Shown here one piece after another: positions 62,108 through 64,000 of a DNA stretch of 64,000 nt. The number at the start of each line of letters is the position of its first letter. Position 1 is the first letter of the stretch. This DNA comes from a virus. Made by a program: the position numbers and the translations under genes. Below the pieces are notes generated by a model. That model worked only from the letters and a program-made list of their open reading frames with translations. It made no database searches and was not told the DNA's origin. The DNA is taken from positions 32,828 to 96,827 of IMG/VR virus record IMGVR_UViG_3300025117_000049, one strand, 5' to 3'.

Positions 62108-64000
62108 TTATAGGCCTTGCAAGCCCAACCAGTCAGTCTTAGATTTCTCCAAGGTACATTGTTCCCAAACCTGGCATTCGGCGCACTGGGCATAGTTGCC
62201 ATTGGCCAGCCCAAAATCCCCGCCGTATGGGCATGTCATGGCCTGCACTTGCCGGTTCCCTGTCTGCCTAGCCCATATCCCTCCACCGATGGCCTTGAGT
62301 CTGTTGGCGAAGTTCTCGATACCACGTTCGAACTCGCTGCGGTTGCCCGGATTGTGCAGCACCGAAGCGGGGTGGAGGCACCAGGAGATCCAGCACTGGT
62401 ACTTGTCTGCCCATTCCGTTTGGCCGTTCAACTCGCTGATCCTGCCCTGGTCATCCCGCAGGGCCTTGACCCCGGTGCCACCAAAGGCCAGGACCATAAC
62501 CGGCCTCAGCCCCTCGAACTCCATATCCAACCATTTGGAGCAGGCGGCAATGTGTCTTTTCCCTGGCGTCCGAGTCTTGCTGGGCCAACATTTTGCAATG
62601 TTCGTGATGTGGAACATGGTTGGGCCAAAGCCGTATTTCCATAGTTCAGGCCAGAGGATGTCGTTACCAGCCGATCCCACGAAACCAATGCCCTGTAGGT
62701 TCTCATCTTTCCCTGGGGCTTCGCCTGCAATCATGATCCGATAGCGGCCGAAGGATGGCTGAACCGGGGCTGAGCATTCATTGATCAGTTCACAGGCCCG
62801 GCAGTCGATGACCGGCAGGATGTACCTGCCGATGGTGATTAGGTTGACCCGATGGCTGTCCAGGCGGCAGGTGATAATATCCTGTTCGTCAAATCCGGCC
62901 AGGTTGCCCACCCTGCTAAACCGTTCGCTACCGGTCAGGACGTTGAAGTCATAGCAGCCTGCTGCCTCCCGCAGTTCTTCCCAGGTGAGAGCTTGTTCCC
63001 GATAGTATCCTGCCCGCCTAAGCAGCCTAACCATGGAGTTCTCACCGGAAACGGACTTGGGTTCCGGCAGGGGCGGCTCAATCTCCTTGTCAAAGAATCC
63101 TCGGAAGGCCGGTTGAACATTGGCCTGTTTCTTGGGTTTGACCTGTCTGTCACTAACCTTGCCAGCCAGTATCTTGGCTGCCTGTGATGGCCCCACGCCC
63201 TTGATGGCCGTCAGTGGAGCCCACAAGGCACCATCCTTGGGTAGCCAGCGATCGGCCAGCGAAACCCCGGCCTTGGGCAGTTCTATCCTGATGCCCAGGC
63301 GGCGGGCCTCATCGATATACTGACCAGATTTCTTCTCGTCGCAGTGGGATAGGCAACCGCAGAGGAATTCCATGGGCCAGTGAACCCGCATCCAGACGCA
63401 CCAATATCCGAGCATACTGTATTCAACTGCATGACTTAAATTGAATGCGTACGATCCAAAACTGGCCATCATGTCCCAGACATCTCCGGCCTCGGCTGGC
63501 GTCAAGGTCCCTTGGGCTGCACAGCCATCCATAAATCGTTGTTTGAACTGCTGGAAGGCCGTTGCCCCTTTGCTCTTGCCGATGACCTTGCGGACCTTGT
63601 CGCATTCACCCCATGACAGGCCGGCCAGCTCGAACATGGACCACATGACCTGCTCCTGGTAGATGACCAGACCCAAGGTCTTGTTGGTGTATGGCTCCAT
63701 GCGGGGATGGATGTAGGTGACGGGCTCCTGGCCATGCCTGCGGCGCATGAATTGATCAGTTATTCCAGACCCCAAGGGGCCGGGCCTGGTCAGGGCGTTT
63801 ATCAGCACGATGTCGTTGAACTCCCTGACCCCCAGGTCCTTGCAATAGCGAGTATTCAGGGTAGAACCTATCTGGAAGGCCCCAGCGGTATTCCCTTGGG
63901 CAATCTCGTTGTAGACCTCCCGGTCATCTAAGGGTATCTGGTCGAATTCGATGGTCTGGCCATGGAGTTCTTTGACCAGTCGGGCTGCCTCGTTCAGAAA
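62108..64000 (-). CDS. dnaE: DNA polymerase III alpha subunit (partial, open to the window edge) fused to a family-4 uracil-DNA glycosylase
   Basis: G.FQ, AL.RPGPL, IYQEQVM, F.SYAFN.SH...Y, IKGVG; UDG CRACEL, GEAPG, FVG.AG, TN..KC, HPAS. Confidence 0.93.
   Translation of the reverse strand, partial: FLNEAARLVKELHGQTIEFDQIPLDDREVYNEIAQGNTAGAFQIGSTLNTRYCKDLGVREFNDIVLINALTRPGPLGSGITDQFMRRRHGQEPVTYIHPRMEPYTNKTLGLVIYQEQVMWSMFELAGLSWGECDKVRKVIGKSKGATAFQQFKQRFMDGCAAQGTLTPAEAGDVWDMMASFGSYAFNLSHAVEYSMLGYWCVWMRVHWPMEFLCGCLSHCDEKKSGQYIDEARRLGIRIELPKAGVSLADRWLPKDGALWAPLTAIKGVGPSQAAKILAGKVSDRQVKPKKQANVQPAFRGFFDKEIEPPLPEPKSVSGENSMVRLLRRAGYYREQALTWEELREAAGCYDFNVLTGSERFSRVGNLAGFDEQDIITCRLDSHRVNLITIGRYILPVIDCRACELINECSAPVQPSFGRYRIMIAGEAPGKDENLQGIGFVGSAGNDILWPELWKYGFGPTMFHITNIAKCWPSKTRTPGKRHIAACSKWLDMEFEGLRPVMVLAFGGTGVKALRDDQGRISELNGQTEWADKYQCWISWCLHPASVLHNPGNRSEFERGIENFANRLKAIGGGIWARQTGNRQVQAMTCPYGGDFGLANGNYAQCAECQVWEQCTLEKSKTDWLGLQGL

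Noticed and set aside
1-64000. Host assignment or alternative genetic code
   Set aside because: Genes read intact in the standard code. The lipoprotein and heptose genes only hint at a diderm host, and nothing more specific is supportable.

Overview
This window is a contiguous 64 kb piece of a tailed dsDNA phage genome of siphovirus type. I see no host genes and no integrase. The + strand (~960-48600) is the late region. It carries TerS, a phage sigma factor, a 5'-3' exonuclease, TerL, a DUF1073-like portal, MuF, a DUF2213-type prohead protease/scaffold and an encapsulin-like HK97 capsid. An ~10 kb sugar-biosynthesis/methyl/sulfo/glycosyl-transfer cluster sits between the capsid and neck genes, followed by a non-contractile tail and lysis genes. 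The - strand (~48800-64000) is the early replication/recombination region: DnaE fused to a family-4 UDG, DnaX, SSB, RecA, a resolvase, Mre11 and a three-part Rad50. The most striking signal is a head-cargo cassette system. One Cys/His peptide tag (NPCH-x2/6-G-G/R/Q..FC) occurs six times in four head-region proteins. Each copy is followed by an AT-rich foreign domain, four of them ADP-ribosyltransferase-like, and some inserts are bracketed by duplicated peptides that look like protease sites. Other notable points: a homing endonuclease that carries its own replacement portal N-terminus, signal peptides on apparent virion proteins, tRNA-like non-coding elements, and two recurring promoter motifs. 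All family assignments come from motif recognition by eye, not from database searches.
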